A DNA stretch of 64,000 nucleotides, taken from the NCBI RefSeq assembly GCF_011386835.1, contig NC_088798.1:86552001-86616000 (forward strand). The letters are read 5' to 3'. Both the position numbers and the translations under genes were made by a program. Shown here piece by piece: positions 37,301-50,947 of this stretch (the first letter of the stretch is position 1; the number at the start of each line of letters is the position of its first letter). The notes under the pieces were generated by a model that saw only the letters and a list, made by a program, of their open reading frames with translations, searched no databases and was not told the DNA's origin. This stretch comes from Chrysemys picta bellii (lineage: Eukaryota).

Positions 37301-39323
37301 AAGGAAAGACTATTTTAAATAATGTTTAAGCATTTGCTACATTATATTTAAGTTAAAGGATATCTTGTATACCCTTTTTCACAAGGAAACAACTGTTAAC
37401 ATTGGAAATAATTTACCAGCTGTATAAAACCATTAGACCACTCTGATGAAATTTTAGGATCATTTGCCATGCCAGTAGAAATACATTCAGAATTGCTGGT
37501 AATTTAGCCCAAATTGCCTTTTCCTGTGAAATACATCTATGCTTTTGTACACTCTACTTCATACCAATGTTTTACGGTGGACAAAAACATTTTTGGATGA
37601 ACATATTAGATTCAGTAATTTGCCATTGGTTATAAAATACCGAAACCTTTATTGTAAAAAATGCTTTCTAAATATTTATAGGCATAACTACAAGGGAGAA
37701 CTGGCAAGAACTCAGAGAGGAAAAGACAGAAATTTGTTTCCTTCAGGGTAATTGCTAAATGCTTGTTGTTGTGGTTGTTGATTTAAAGATATATTCTGGA
37801 GGAAAAATATATAGTTTTCATTGATAGGCAGATCTGCCACATCTATTTACCTTTAGTAACGCCCTGTTGAAATCAACAGAACTCTTGCAGAGTATATACG
37901 TATATACACTGACAAACCCCCCCCCCTTCTCATCATAAGCTACAATAATCATTCATAAGCTACCTAATTATGTGGCTATCAAAAAGTACTTAACATTAAG
38001 AGCAGTAAAATGCAGCTATAAAACCTGAGCAGCTATTTGGATAAATTAAATTAAGAAATAACATTTTGACCATGTGTCGAGCTCCTCTAACATTCCTGGG
38101 GCTACGTGACTGCCTCTGGTCTACTGATCTCTATGGTAGGTTTATGCAAAGATCAAATGGAGTATATGACTTGAGGGAGGGAATTCTAGATTTCAGGCTC
38201 ATAATGCATAATATGAAACTGTTGGGTAGCTAACTGATCCATGTCTGGACCGTGGAAAATTGGAAAGTCTAAATCAGTGGTTGGGTTCACCCATACATAG
38301 GGTATGTGCATTCCTGTGCCAAGGAGAGTGTGTATATCAGTAGTTGGAACATGCCTCCTTACCCCAAATGCACATCTACAGTTCCATTTGCATGGGGTCT
38401 TCTGAGCAGCCTCTTATTACTGTTTTAGAAAAAAATCATAATTGGGCCCTTTAAGCTAGTGCAGTCCTTACATGGCTCCAGCAAACTACACATTATATAA
38501 ATCCCAGCCTAAGCCTTCTCCAATGCATGGCTGCTCATAGGCTCCTTTCCTAGCCTAAACAGTCTCTCCTTTCCATTATATCCAGGCTTGGTGGTGCTGA
38601 AGTTTTTTTCCCTTTAGAGTATGTCTATTCCACAACCTAACTCTCACCTTGTTACAAGATCCTAAACTGTGCATCATGGATTTTCTGGCTTCCAGCACTG
38701 AGAAACACCAGCCAGATTTTTGTGTACATTAAAGATGAAGGGCTATTTAAAAAGACAAAAAGAAAAAAGTCAGATAGGTTATCAGTTGATACATGCCCAG
38801 AAAAGTAGTAGTATGTTGTACTCTCAATGACTCAGTTATATGGCTATGGCTTCATAGTTTGTGGAATTTGTATTAGGTTCTTATGCCTATTTTTTTCTCA
38901 AAACTTTGATTCAGATTTAAATCTCCATCAAATTGTTTTGATCCTTCTTCTGCAAGAATACCTCTTGCACTCTCTCTCTCTCTTTTTATTGATGAGTTTT
39001 TGCCTTTTATTCCTCGTCCGCAGCTTAGCCTGAGTTTTACTGTCCATTCTCCAGTTCCCACATTTATTCCATTCAACACAGATAAGTCCATGAAAATGGC
39101 TGTGTGAACAGTGACTGAAAACTCTGAACTATTTAATTAGACGTGAAGTTTTCCTGTGTAATTTTGTGTTCACTGCCCTCATCCACCTCTTTAACAAAGT
39201 ACCTCTTTCACTTTTCTGCCATATACACTACAGCACATTTCCTTCATTTTTCATGCACAGTCATAACATATATCAATTGTTTTTCACTGATTGTAGTTTC
39301 TGCATTCATTCTGCATTCATTGC

Positions 39324-40096
39324 TGTCAAGGTTTATTCCCCACTCTGAAGTTTAGGGTACAGATGTGAGGACCTGCATGAAAGACTCCTCTAAGCTTATT
39401 TACCAGCTTAGGTTACAGTAGCTGCCACCACCAAGTGATTTAAATCTTAGGGGAGAACCACTTGGAATTCTGTCTTCCTCCAAATATTTCCCCAGTCCCT
39501 AACCCCGCCCTTTCCTGGGCAGATTTGAGACTAATTCTCCCCCCCCCCACAAGTCTTTACACCCCTTTTCCTGGGTAGACTCGAGAGAATTCCTTCACCA
39601 ATTCTTGGTGAATACAGATCCAAAACCCTTGGATCTTAAAACAATGAAAAATCAATCAGGTTTTTAAAAGAAGAATTTTAATTAAAGAAAAAAAAGGTGA
39701 AAGGAATACCTGAGATTACAATGCAAGATAATCTCCCAGACAAACAGATTTAAAACACTGAGGATTTCCCTCTGGGCAAAACTTTAAAGTTACACAGAAA
39801 CCCAATTTGATTCTCCCTCTATTTTTCAAAAAGAAATCACAAATAGAAATAAAAGTAATTTAATACATTCCTTCTCTAATTACTCATTACCCAGTAGGAG
39901 TGTGATGGTTTCTCTCCTCCATCCGGCAAAAGCACACACAGAACAGACAAAAGGACTGTTTCCTCCCCCCGCCCCAACTTTGAAAGTATCTTGTTCCCTT
40001 ATTTGTCCTTCTGGTCAGGTGTTAGCTAGGTATTGTGAACTTCTTAACCCTTTACAGGTAAAAGAGGAATTAACCCTTAACTGTCTGTTTATGACA
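39324..40096 (-). mobile_element. Solo LTR (773 bp)
   Basis: Termini TGTCA...TGACA; perfect 5-bp TSD ATTGC; minus-strand AATAAA near its 3' end (39332-39337). Confidence 0.85.
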
Positions 40097-42428
40097 ATTG
40101 CCACTATTGGCATCAATGTGTCTTAAGTGATGAGGATGTAGTGAAGATTCTTCCATTGCATTTCTATTCAACTTACCTCTTTTTGATTCTACAAGTATAA
40201 ACTTGGATACCACGAGTCCAGTTTTTCTGATGTGGTTTTTCTGTTTGTAGAGGAACAGGTGCCCAGTTGTGAATTCCAGTTGTTGTTTTTTCATTGCCCA
40301 ACCTTTACTACTAATGTAATTTTAATTAAATGTTCTTCAGCCAAGCACTTCATCATGGGCATAACTTTAAGTACACGAGAGTCCCATTGACTTAAGTTGT
40401 ACTGAAGTGGTTTGCTAGATCAAGGGACCTTTATTTTGTTCATCTACATAATCAGCCAGGAGATTTCTATAAGGATCAAGGATCAAGTTCCAATAACAGT
40501 CTGTCCAAACCCAGTGCTTTGCACTGTCTTAATCTTTGGTCCAAGCATCACTGTAGTGGGACACAAAAACACTGGAAATTGAGAGCTGATGTACATATTT
40601 ATTGATTGCCATCCTATGACTATTTGTGAGATGGATGCCATATTTCTGCTCTCAGTTACATATTTGCAATTCAGTATAGTCCAGAGCAGTGCATTCTCCA
40701 CTAAAATAATATCTACACCACAATGTCTTAGAAACTGCTCCTTGTATGTTCATAATGATGTCTCCTCTATCTTGATGCCTTCTCTACTACACTATGGTAG
40801 AACCTAACCCAGTTAGCTAAGAAAAAACTCTTCCTCATGAAATTGACCTATAAATAAAGCCTGGGATTTTCAAAGTGGCTTGAGGGAGTTAGAGACACTA
40901 ACTCCACGGAAATTCATTGGAATCTGGGAGTGTAAATCCTTTAGGCTACTTTGAAAATCTATCCAAAATGTGCTTTTAATGGTAGCTCCTAAAACCCTAC
41001 AATATTACTTCTAACACCTTCCTGCAAGTTTTATATCAAACATGCCTGTTAATCTTGTAGCTCCTTTTTTTTTTTAATAACCCTCTTTCTCACTTTCCAG
41101 TTCTCAGAAATCTGACTGGTCTTCGATGATATGCTACAAAAAAAAGTCTTAAAAGGTCATTAATTTTGGTTCTAATTTACTTTAGAAGTGGGGATCATAG
41201 CCCTAATTCTCTAAGGTACTTAAAACACATGCCTAGCTTTAAGAATCTGATTCAAATGACATCAATGCGGCTGATGATGATATTGTAAGAAAAGCTCACT
41301 GTTGTAATCATCATCATTTTTTTCTGACATTTACAGATCAATGATTTGTAAATGTATTAAAAGTTCCTATATAAATAAATAGATTAAAAAGTAAGCACAT
41401 ATGAAAGTATTTATTTTGTAGTGGATATTTGGTCCATCTAAAAAGTTTCCACTCTTTTCTCAGCTATTTCAATTGTTTTTTGCTTACTAACGCTTGTCTA
41501 ATATGTGTATACATATGAGATGTCTAATATAATCTAAATATATATAAAAGATGAGACAGCTGTTAGACATCTTTTTAATCTTTGTTATGTTTAAAAACAA
41601 TCAAAGTAAAATAACAATTTAATGACTGCTATTTTTTATCCTCCTTATCTGATTTGCCAGTATAATCATTTGTTGACCAATTTCCTTTTTTCCACATCCT
41701 GCCTGCTGTGAATATATTCTATTTTCTCTTTGCAGTAATTTATCCTTTTAATTTGCTTCTCTTGATTTTTATAGCTATCCATATCCGGCTCCTCACTAGA
41801 TTGTTAGTAACTTTTTTTTTAAAAAATACCTCCTGCTTAATGTTTATAGTATTATTTTAGATCTCCACTTAGCCACCTTAGCCTCTATTGCTTTTGAGGA
41901 GAAATTTCCATGTCAGTGTTTCTAATTGGATCTTCAATATTGTCCACTTTTCTTCAGTAAATTTTCCATATACTGTAGAGTTACAAATAATAAAAAATTG
42001 GTTGATGCAGCTCCCAATTAAGTCAATGTGAGTTTTGTCACTGAATTAAGTGCACATAGTATCCAAAATCTCTACAGTATTCTATGAAATTCAGCTTTCT
42101 AAAATTAGATTATTTGTACTGCTTACTCTAGCACATATTTATTAATTTATAAACTAACAATATTGTGATCATTATATAGTAGACAATCTCTGGCTGCAAC
42201 TGCTTTATCTTGCTTGGCTCTTTTCCTCACATTAGATCCAGAATAGTCCTCTGGCCAATAGACTTTCAACAAATTGCATAAGAAAGCAATCCTGAAATAC
42301 CTTGTGGGGTGCATTTCCCTACATATTTTTTACATATCTGTTATTCCAGTTAGAATCTGAGAAATTAGAATCCCCAGTATTCAAAGTGCTGGTTTTCTCA
42401 TGAGCACCTTCTTTAAAAAATAAAATAA

Positions 42429-42695
42429 GGCCTTGGCTACACTCGCAGCCACGGCAGCGCTGTGAAGCGCAAGTGTAGTTGCGATGCCAGCGCTGCAAGA
42501 GCTCTCTCGCAGCACTGCAAGTACTCCACCTCTCCGAGGGGAATAGCTTGCAGCGCTGCGAGCGAGCGTGCAGCGCTGCAGGCGCTGATTACACTGGCGC
42601 TTTACAGCGCTGCACTCACTGTGCTCGGGGGGTGTTTTTTCACACCCCTGAGCGCAGCAAGTGCAGCTCTGTGAATTGCCAGTGTAGCCAAGGCC
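42429..42695. mobile_element. Harbinger MITE (267 bp)
   Basis: TIR GGCCTTGGCTACACT / AGTGTAGCCAAGGCC; TSD TAA; internally palindromic gcagcgctgc motifs. Confidence 0.9.
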
Positions 42696-43102
42696 TAAGT
42701 CTGTTGTGAAGGGCTATAACTATAATCAGAAATCACCTAATTATATTTATGTTCTGAAACTTCCATAAAGTTCAATAACTTGTATCAACTTCTATCTGTC
42801 AACCTATATCATTTTCCTCTGCAGACTCAGCATATTCTCCTCCATGATATTGCTTCAGCCACTCCTGTTTTAGTTTGACTGTTCAACAAACTCTGTATCC
42901 TGAAATGTTAACTCCGCAATCATCTCCTTAGTCCAGCAATGTGTGTGTTAGTCTACAGATATCACGCTTAGGATCTGATCCAGCAAGCACTTAATGAATG
43001 TGCTTAAAGTCACTCAAAGGGATAGTCCAGTTGAACTCTAGTTTTGTGTATGAGGTAACTCATGTATAAATGTTTGCATAAGGACCCTATTCTTAAAAGA
43101 AA

Positions 43103-43250
43103 GATAAGATGGTCTTCTGGTTAAGGTACTGAATTGGAAATAGGGCGATTCCCAGCTGACCGGCATTTTTTTTTTCATGTGAGACTTTGAGCTGGTCACT
43201 TAATTGCTCTGTGCCTCAATTCCCAATCTCCAGAAAAGGTGTAATAAAGA
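43103..43250 (+). mobile_element. MIR/CORE-SINE-like fragment
   Basis: ctggttaaggtactg...gtcacttaattgctctgtgcctcaattccc.atct matches the MIR core. Confidence 0.55.
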
Positions 43251-44628
43251 GAGTTGGTTGGAAAAATTTTGACAAAACAATCTTTCATTGGAATTTACTG
43301 ATTTGTTGAAATCAAAACATGTTGCTGAGATGGTTGGACTCTGACAGTTGTGACAGGTTGCAGGCAGGATTCTATTGGAAGCCTGCCTGGTTTCCTGCCA
43401 GCTCGCCTGCCCAGCTCCTTAGCAGTCCAACTGGCTGATTGTTGGGGATCTGAGAATCTGGAAGCTCTGTGAGCCCTGGCTCCCAAGCTCCCAGAGACCT
43501 GCAGCTCCCTCAGTAGCCTGGGCTCCCAGGATTTCCAAGGTTCACAACTAAAGGACAGTTTGCCAGGCAGACTGCCTTAGAGTCGGGGATCCTAGGTTTC
43601 TAGGCTCCATGGCTCTTGGGCAGCTTTCCAGACAGATTGCCCCAGAGTCACCATTCGCTTTTACAGAGAATTTCAAATTTTTTGGATTTCATTCCAAATC
43701 AAAACAAAATCATAGTTTAAAATGCCAAAATCCTCTCCGAAATAGAATTACCTTTCCCTGTCCAGCTCTAATAACAATACTTCCTTTCTATCCACCCATC
43801 ATCTGTCCTGTGTGTCTATCTTGCCTGTTCAGACTATAGACTTTTTGTAGAAGGGCCAATCTCTTAATATGAGTCTATATAGTGTCTAGCACAACTGGGC
43901 CTGGAGTCACTACTGTAAAAGAAATAACTGTCAGTATAATTCATCATTCTCATTAAGGCTGGTCAAAAGTTTTCCACTGAAACATTTTTTGATGGAAAAT
44001 TGGATTTTTGACTACTGGAAAAAAATTATGGAAAGTGTCTGCTTCTCTCAAAACTTTTTCATTGGAAAACTGAAAACCCCCAAACAAAAAAATGTCACTT
44101 GAAAACCATACTTTTTTTTTGACAGGGTAGCTTTCATGTGAAAAAAATTCAGTTTTGAGCAAACAAAATTAAAAAAATAAATTCAGTTTTGAGGGTTGAC
44201 AAAAAGTTTCTGCTTGGAAGGTGGGAGGGAGGGAGAGATGGGTAGAAAACATGTATGACCAGTTCTATTTCTTTGCTTTCCCTTAGCTGTCCTTTTATGG
44301 CAACTTTCCATTAAACCCATCTCTTAATGTATCACTAAACTACAAAAAATAAATACGCAATTTTCCATAATAGTAAACTATCACTTTGTTCCTCAATGTT
44401 AGAGACACAGTCCAAATCTTCTCAATGTAAAAAATTAAAGAAGTCTAAACGCTGGAAAAACTAAAACACTTGTTATTGAGCTCAGTTTTGTTTTGTTCTG
44501 GACCTAAAACTTGTCTGGTGTCATCAATTAAATTCTTACCATATGTGAAACCTCCAACCCATCGCTAATGCTGCTATTTAGCAGCCTCATATTGCTACTA
44601 ACAGGCAATCCTCACAGAGAATGACAGC

Positions 44629-44951
44629 GAAGAGACGAATGAGGGGGGTTTGATAGCTGCTTTCAAAAGGAGGTTCCAAATCTAGACTGTTCTCAGTGGT
44701 ACCAGATGACAGAACAAGGAGTAATGGTCTCAAGTTGCAGTGGGGAAGGTCTAGGTTGGATATTTTTCACTAGGAGGGTGGTAAAGCACTGGAATGGGTT
44801 ACCTTGAAAGGTAGTGGAATCTCCTTCCTTAGAGGTTTTTAAGGTCAGGCTTGACAAAGCCCTGGCTGGGAATTGGTCCTGCTTTGAGCAGGGGGTGGAC
44901 TAGATGACTTCCTGAGATCCCTTCCAACCCTGATATTCTATGATTCTATGA
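44629..44951 (+). mobile_element. CR1 LINE 3' end
   Basis: gaagagacgaatgaggggggtttgatagctgc...gacagaacaaggagtaatggtctcaagttgcagtgggg...ggactagatgac...tcccttccaaccctgatATTCTATGATTCTATGA (CR1 octamer tail). Confidence 0.9.
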
Positions 44952-47900
44952 CTTCCTCAAAACTATCAGGACATCATGCTCATGTCCAACCCTCTGAATA
45001 ATTACATCATCATCCCTTTGGGGCAAATTAATCAAGAGGCCAACCTTATGGCGTACAACAAAGGATGCAAACTTATTAAATAACCTGGAAATCAGCCAAA
45101 CAGTCATACTTATGACTAGCTAACAGTAAGAAAGATGTTCTTTTGTGGGCATTGGTCATATTATTATTATATATTTATTTCATAAGTGCTCATATTCAAA
45201 AGTTACTGAGCACCAGCGGGAGGAAAACACCATAAAAACTAAATTTATAAATAGGCAGCTTAATCCAAAATCACATACTAGAACTGGCAAACATATGAAT
45301 CCACAAACCCAACAATGCCTAACTGGTGTGCTCAGCCACAGCGTACCCCTTTTAAAGTTTCATTAGTTTGCCTATCTCCATCTGCTGGTAGGAGGCCACA
45401 TTATTTGCTATCTAGGCTGGCGTATTTGGTCACCGAAGAACATTAAAGAATTAAATACAACACCTTGGCATTCACCTGAATATTGATGTTTGATTAGATA
45501 CACCAGAATGTGTTTGTCTGTGTTAATCTAAAAGGTGTATGCTTCTCAGAGGTGACTGACTTTTGTCAACATGTTAATGGCATACAGCACTATCCATTTT
45601 TATCGATAGTAACATGAACTCATTATTACAGCAAAACATATAATATTTACAAATATACTTTGCACTAGCAACAACCAATATAAATTCATTTATAGCAATA
45701 CCAGTCCAGGAGACTAAAATAGTAATCCAAACAAAAATAGATGCTATTGTCCATAAATCTAACAAGATGCAAATCATTCTTAATTTTTTATCCAAACCTT
45801 CAGCAGAACTACTTTACCCTTTCTGCCTTTAAACATCTCCATTGCTGTGGAAATTTGTCCCACATTTTCTTCGTTCATATGTCTAGGCTCTTTATTCAAA
45901 ACCACTATCAGATTAGGTGGGACCTGGCATCTTTGGGTTCTTCTTGGTGATGGTTGCTTGTTTTGTATTGTCTGGAACATTGCTGGGTTATTTTCAGTGG
46001 GGAAGCTGCTGGAACTTTCTCCCTCTGATGTTTTACCAGAGTCCCCGTTGTGTGAACTGAAGAGCACAATGCCCTTCCCCGCAGTGACCAGGGGAGAACT
46101 TTCAGTGGACAGAAGGGAAAGTACACAGTGTCTGGGTGGGAGGTGGCATGAATGTGAGTGAACATGTCTGGCTGGGGGAGGGGTCCTCTGTTTTCCTATT
46201 GGATAGAGTTGGGAGAATGAGCTAGCCAGTCTGTTTAAACTTATTCGAACTTTTCACAAGCCTATTGCTATGGCTGGCAACCCTCCCCTTACTCCCCTTA
46301 ATACAGCATTGGTGCTGTGTTATTTAGGATGCTGCTGATCACTTGTTAGGGGATTACGAGGAAATTTTTCCCATTGAACCAAATTGGCAAGAGGTGTGGT
46401 GCATTTTTACACCTTCCTTGCAACATCATGGAAGCACAGTTAGGTTATAGCACCAGGACTTAAAAAGTTTAACATTAGGCAAGTACGACTGTTTTAGCTT
46501 GTCACAATTTGTGGCAGGTATCCAGCGCAGACAAGGATAAAAGGGACCAACTCCCACAGGCCAATGGAGACCCAGGATTGCACTCCTGGCACTCTTGCCT
46601 ATGGGAAAAAGGGAGACAAAAGTTCTCCCTTAGGAACCTCTACCTCTGCAGGAGAGGTGGAAAGGATTCAGAAATGAGCTGAGTCATAGGGTGGGCCTAG
46701 GCTGGTCTACCCCAAGTTATTGGTTGTGTGGTAGGAGTCCTCAACCCCACACTGAACCCAGTAAATGCCTGATATGTGAGAACAGGGGAGTGAGGCACAT
46801 AATGCCCCCTCCAGCATTAGATGAAGTTACAGCCTGCTGCTTAAAATCCATCCCCTGTGTCTGTCATTTGTTAGCCCATCTGATCTGATAAATGCAGGGG
46901 GCATTTGTTTGCACACACCCTTAATTAAAAGCCACATTTAAATGTAATGCCTGATGCTGAGGCAAGAATGGGGAAAATATACAGAATTGTCACCTTAGCT
47001 TTTGGAGAGCTCCTCCTCAGTACTGTTTGACAGGAGAGTATGAGTAAGTGTATCTATTGTAACTCGCTTCTTGTTTGAACCTTTCAGAATATTTTTATGA
47101 TGTAAAACCAAAACATTGCTACGTGAACAAGTTTTACTTATTTGAGAGTCCTGATCTTGATTTCTCTTGGGAGAAAGTCTGGACTTCATAAAAACTATAC
47201 AAGTAAAGATGATTATGATCATTCTCCTCTGCTTCTGCCTTTCAGAACTGTGATCAAAGTGGAGTTTTTATATGTATATTTTTGTCAGTATTAGGGCACT
47301 TCACTTTTGGTTTTTATGACGCATGGACATGAATTTACAAATGTCGATCAAAAGCCAGTACTAACACTATAATAGAAACTTATGATGATGAAGGTGACTA
47401 TATTAGGTTGTAATCGTCTCCTGTTGGATTTCATGATTAATTTTATTTCAGCAAGTGATGGATCAAGATGGACATCATAAAGCCTACATAAAGGCAGGTT
47501 ATCTTGTATCTGCCACCTTTCATTTTCGAGATACTGAGCAGTAAAACAGCTCTTTCTGGTTCTGTATTGAAAGATGGTAATATGTACATCAGAAAACTAA
47601 AGAGGCTGCAGGAAAGGTAGAGAGTGTAATAAGAGCGCACCAGACAGAAATGCTGCAAGAACCTGAAATTTTATTTCCTGGCCCCAACAGGACAAAGGAT
47701 CACATACTCAGACAAGTTCTGTAACCTGGGGGGGAAAAGAAGTCCAAGTCATGTTTGTCCTCCTGTAATTCTAAATAACCAAAATGATCAAAAGTGAGTG
47801 AAGCAATCTAATATGCTATATTCATATGCATTATTAATAGTGGACAATTGTGAAGCATTGTAGTACAGCACACGAATGTCACCATTTTTGGAAAAAGAAT

Positions 47901-49398
47901 ACCTTATTACAGTGCCTATAAAAAATCAGTGCACTGAGTTTTCTTCTGGCTTCAACATTTGATTTTATGCCAAATAAGCTATCTGAAGAAGGGTTGCTAA
48001 ATCCAAAAACCTTTTGTTTAGAAGTCAGAGAAGGTTGGTTTTTTGGTTTGGTTTGTTTTTTAAGAAAAAAGCACCCTGAAAAATCTTCACCTCTTAATTT
48101 CCTCTATAATTTCCAAGTTTTTAAAGAAACTATGATTTAAGCTATATAAAAATAGCTTGAAGTATGAAAAAAAAGAAGAAACAGAACAAAAAATAATAGA
48201 ATATGTTTCTTGACTCATTCTGAAGAGATGTCAGACCGAAAGCCAGTTTTAGAGGGAAAAGATGCACTTGGAAAGTGATCTTGTCTGAAATAGGAGAATT
48301 AGTCTACCTGTATGATCAGTAAAGGGAGATGGGCCACTTCTGTTGCTAGGAGCTTGCCATACGTATGAGGGAAGAGGCTTGATGTGCTGCATAGTGAAGT
48401 GGTACTTTTCAAAGGGTATGTCTACACTACGAAATTAGGTCGAATTTATAGAAGCCGGTTTTATAGAAATTGGTTTTATACAGTCAATTGTGTGTGTCCC
48501 CACATAAAATGCTCTAAGTGCATTAAGTCGGCGGACCGCATCCACAGTACTGAGGCTAGCGTCGACTTCCGGAGCATTGCACTCTGGGTAGCTATCCCAC
48601 AGTTCCCGCAGTCTCTGCCGCCAATTGGAATTCTGGGTTGAGATCCCAATGCCTGATGATGCAAAAACAGCGTCGCGGGGGATTCTGGGTACATGTCATC
48701 AGGCCCCTCTCCCTCCGTCAGAGCAATGGCAGACAATTGATTCACGCCTTTTTACCTGGGTTACCTGTGCAGACAACATACCACGGCAAGCATGGAGCCC
48801 GCTCAGCTCAGCTCACCGTCACCATATGTCATCTGGATGCCGGCAGACGTGGTACTGCATTGCTACACAGCAGCAGCTAATTGCCTTTTGGCAGTAGACG
48901 GTGCAGTATGACTGGTAGCCATCATCGTCATATTCCTCAGTGAGTTCAATCAGAGGCACCTGGGCAGACATGTTTTTTCTCCTGGACACTCAGTCCTGCT
49001 GGCAGTCCTATTGAACCGTCTTAACGATGATGGCTAGCAATTGTAATACAGCATTTTCTGCCAAGCACCCAGAAGATGCCGATGGCTATCAGTCATGCTG
49101 CACCGTCACTTAAGCTGCTGCCAGCTTAAGATGTAAAAAATAGATGGACCAGATTTGTTCTGTATTCATTTGCTTCCCCCTCCCTCTGTGAAATCAATGG
49201 CCTGCTAAACCCAGGGTTTTGAGTTCAATCTTTGGGGGGGGCCATTCTGTGTGACAGTTGTTTGTGTTTCTCCCTGATGCACAGCCACCTTTGTTGATTT
49301 TAATTCCCTGTAAGCCATGTCGTCACTCACCCCTCCCACCCTCTGTCAGACAATAGTTTCGCGCCTTTTTTCAGCCCAGACGCCATAGCACTGGGATC

Positions 49399-50697
49399 AT
49401 GGAGCCCGCTCAGATCACCACGGCAATTATGAGCACTATGAACACCACGCACATTGTCCTGGAGTATATGCAGAGCCAGAACATGCCAAAGCAAAACCAG
49501 GCGAGGAGGCGATTGCAGCGCGGCGATGAGAGTGATGAGGAAATTGACATGGACATAGACCTCTCACAAAGTTCAGGCCCCAGCAATGTGCAAATCATGG
49601 TGTTACTGGGGCAGGTTCATAGCATGGAATGCCAATTCTGGGCCTGGGAAACAAGCACAGACTGGTGGGACCGCATCGTGTTGCAGGTGTGGGAAGATTC
49701 CCAGTGGCTGCGAAACTTTCACATGCATAAGGGCATTTTCATGGAACTTTGTGACTTGCTTTCCTCTGCCCTGAAGCGCCAGACAACCAGGATGAGAGCA
49801 GTCCTCACAGTTGAGAAGCGAGTGGCGATAACCCTGTGGAAGCTTGCAACGCCAGACAGCTACCGGTCAGTCGGGAATCAATTTGGAGTGGGCAAATCTA
49901 CTGTGGGGGCTGCTGTGATCCAAGTAGCCAACGCAATCAAAGACCTGCTAATATCAAGGGTAGTGACTCTGGGAAACGTGCAGGTCATAGTGGATGGCTT
50001 TGCTGCAATGGGATTCCCAAACTGTGGTGGAGCGACAGATGGAACCCATATCCCTATCTTGTCACCGGAGCACCAAGCCACCGAGTACATAAAGTACCGC
50101 AAGGGGTACTTTTCAATGCTGCTGCAAGCCCTGGTGGATCACAAGGGACGTTTCACTAACATCAACGTGGGATGGCCGGGAAAGGTACATGATGCTCGCG
50201 TCTTCAGGAACTCTGGTCTGTGTCAAAAGCTGGAGGAAGGGACTTTCTTCCCGGACCAGAAAATAACCGTTGCGGATGTTGAAATGCCTATCATTATCCT
50301 TGGGGATCCAGCCTATCCCTTAATGCCATGGCTCATGAAGCTGTACACAGGCAGCCTGGACAGGAGTCAGGACCTGTTCAACTATAGGCTGAGCAAGTGC
50401 CGAATGGTGGTGGAATGTGCATTTGGATGTTTAAAAGCACACTGGCGCAGTTTACTGACTCGGATAGACCTCAGCGAAGCCAATATTCCAATTGTTATTG
50501 CTGCTTGCTGTGCGCTCCACAATATCTGTGAGAGTAAGAGGGAGACATTTATGGCGGGGTGGGAGGTTGAGGCAAATTGCCTAGCTGCTGATTATGCGCA
50601 GCCAGACACCAGGGCGGTTAGAAGAGTACAGCAGGGCACGGTGCGCATCAGAGAAGCTTTGAAAACCAGTTTTGTGACTGGCCAGGCTACGGTGTGA
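49399..50697 (+). CDS. Harbinger (HARBI1-like, DDE_Tnp_4) transposase, 432 aa, open frame
   Basis: Motifs LTVEKRVAITLWKLAT, GNQFGVGKST, GFPNCGGATDGTHIPI, GWPGKVHDARVF, LGDPAYPL, RMVVECAFG.LK.HWR.L and ACCALHNICE. Confidence 0.93.
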   Translation: MEPAQITTAIMSTMNTTHIVLEYMQSQNMPKQNQARRRLQRGDESDEEIDMDIDLSQSSGPSNVQIMVLLGQVHSMECQFWAWETSTDWWDRIVLQVWEDSQWLRNFHMHKGIFMELCDLLSSALKRQTTRMRAVLTVEKRVAITLWKLATPDSYRSVGNQFGVGKSTVGAAVIQVANAIKDLLISRVVTLGNVQVIVDGFAAMGFPNCGGATDGTHIPILSPEHQATEYIKYRKGYFSMLLQALVDHKGRFTNINVGWPGKVHDARVFRNSGLCQKLEEGTFFPDQKITVADVEMPIIILGDPAYPLMPWLMKLYTGSLDRSQDLFNYRLSKCRMVVECAFGCLKAHWRSLLTRIDLSEANIPIVIAACCALHNICESKRETFMAGWEVEANCLAADYAQPDTRAVRRVQQGTVRIREALKTSFVTGQATV

Positions 50698-50947
50698 AAC
50701 TTATGTTTGTTTCTCCTTGATGAACCCTCCCCCCACCCCCGGTTCACTCTACTTCCCTGTAAGCTAACCACCCTCCCCTCCCCCCTTCGAGCACCGCTTG
50801 CAGAGGCAATAAAGTCATTGTTACTTCACATTCATGCATTCTTTATTAATTCATCACACAACTAGGGGGATAACTGCCAAGGTAGCCTGGGAGGGGTGGG
50901 GGAGGAGGGAAGGACAAGGACACACAGCAGTTTAAAACTTTAAAACT

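Noticed and set aside
24200-48400. Exons of the neighbouring GABRB2 or another host gene
   Set aside because: No recognisable coding exons; the short ORFs are low-complexity, repeat-derived or random.
49399-50697. Domesticated HARBI1-type host gene
   Set aside because: It sits inside intact TIRs and a TSD with the partner Myb gene, and shows apparent CpG-decay substitutions; it is a transposon copy.
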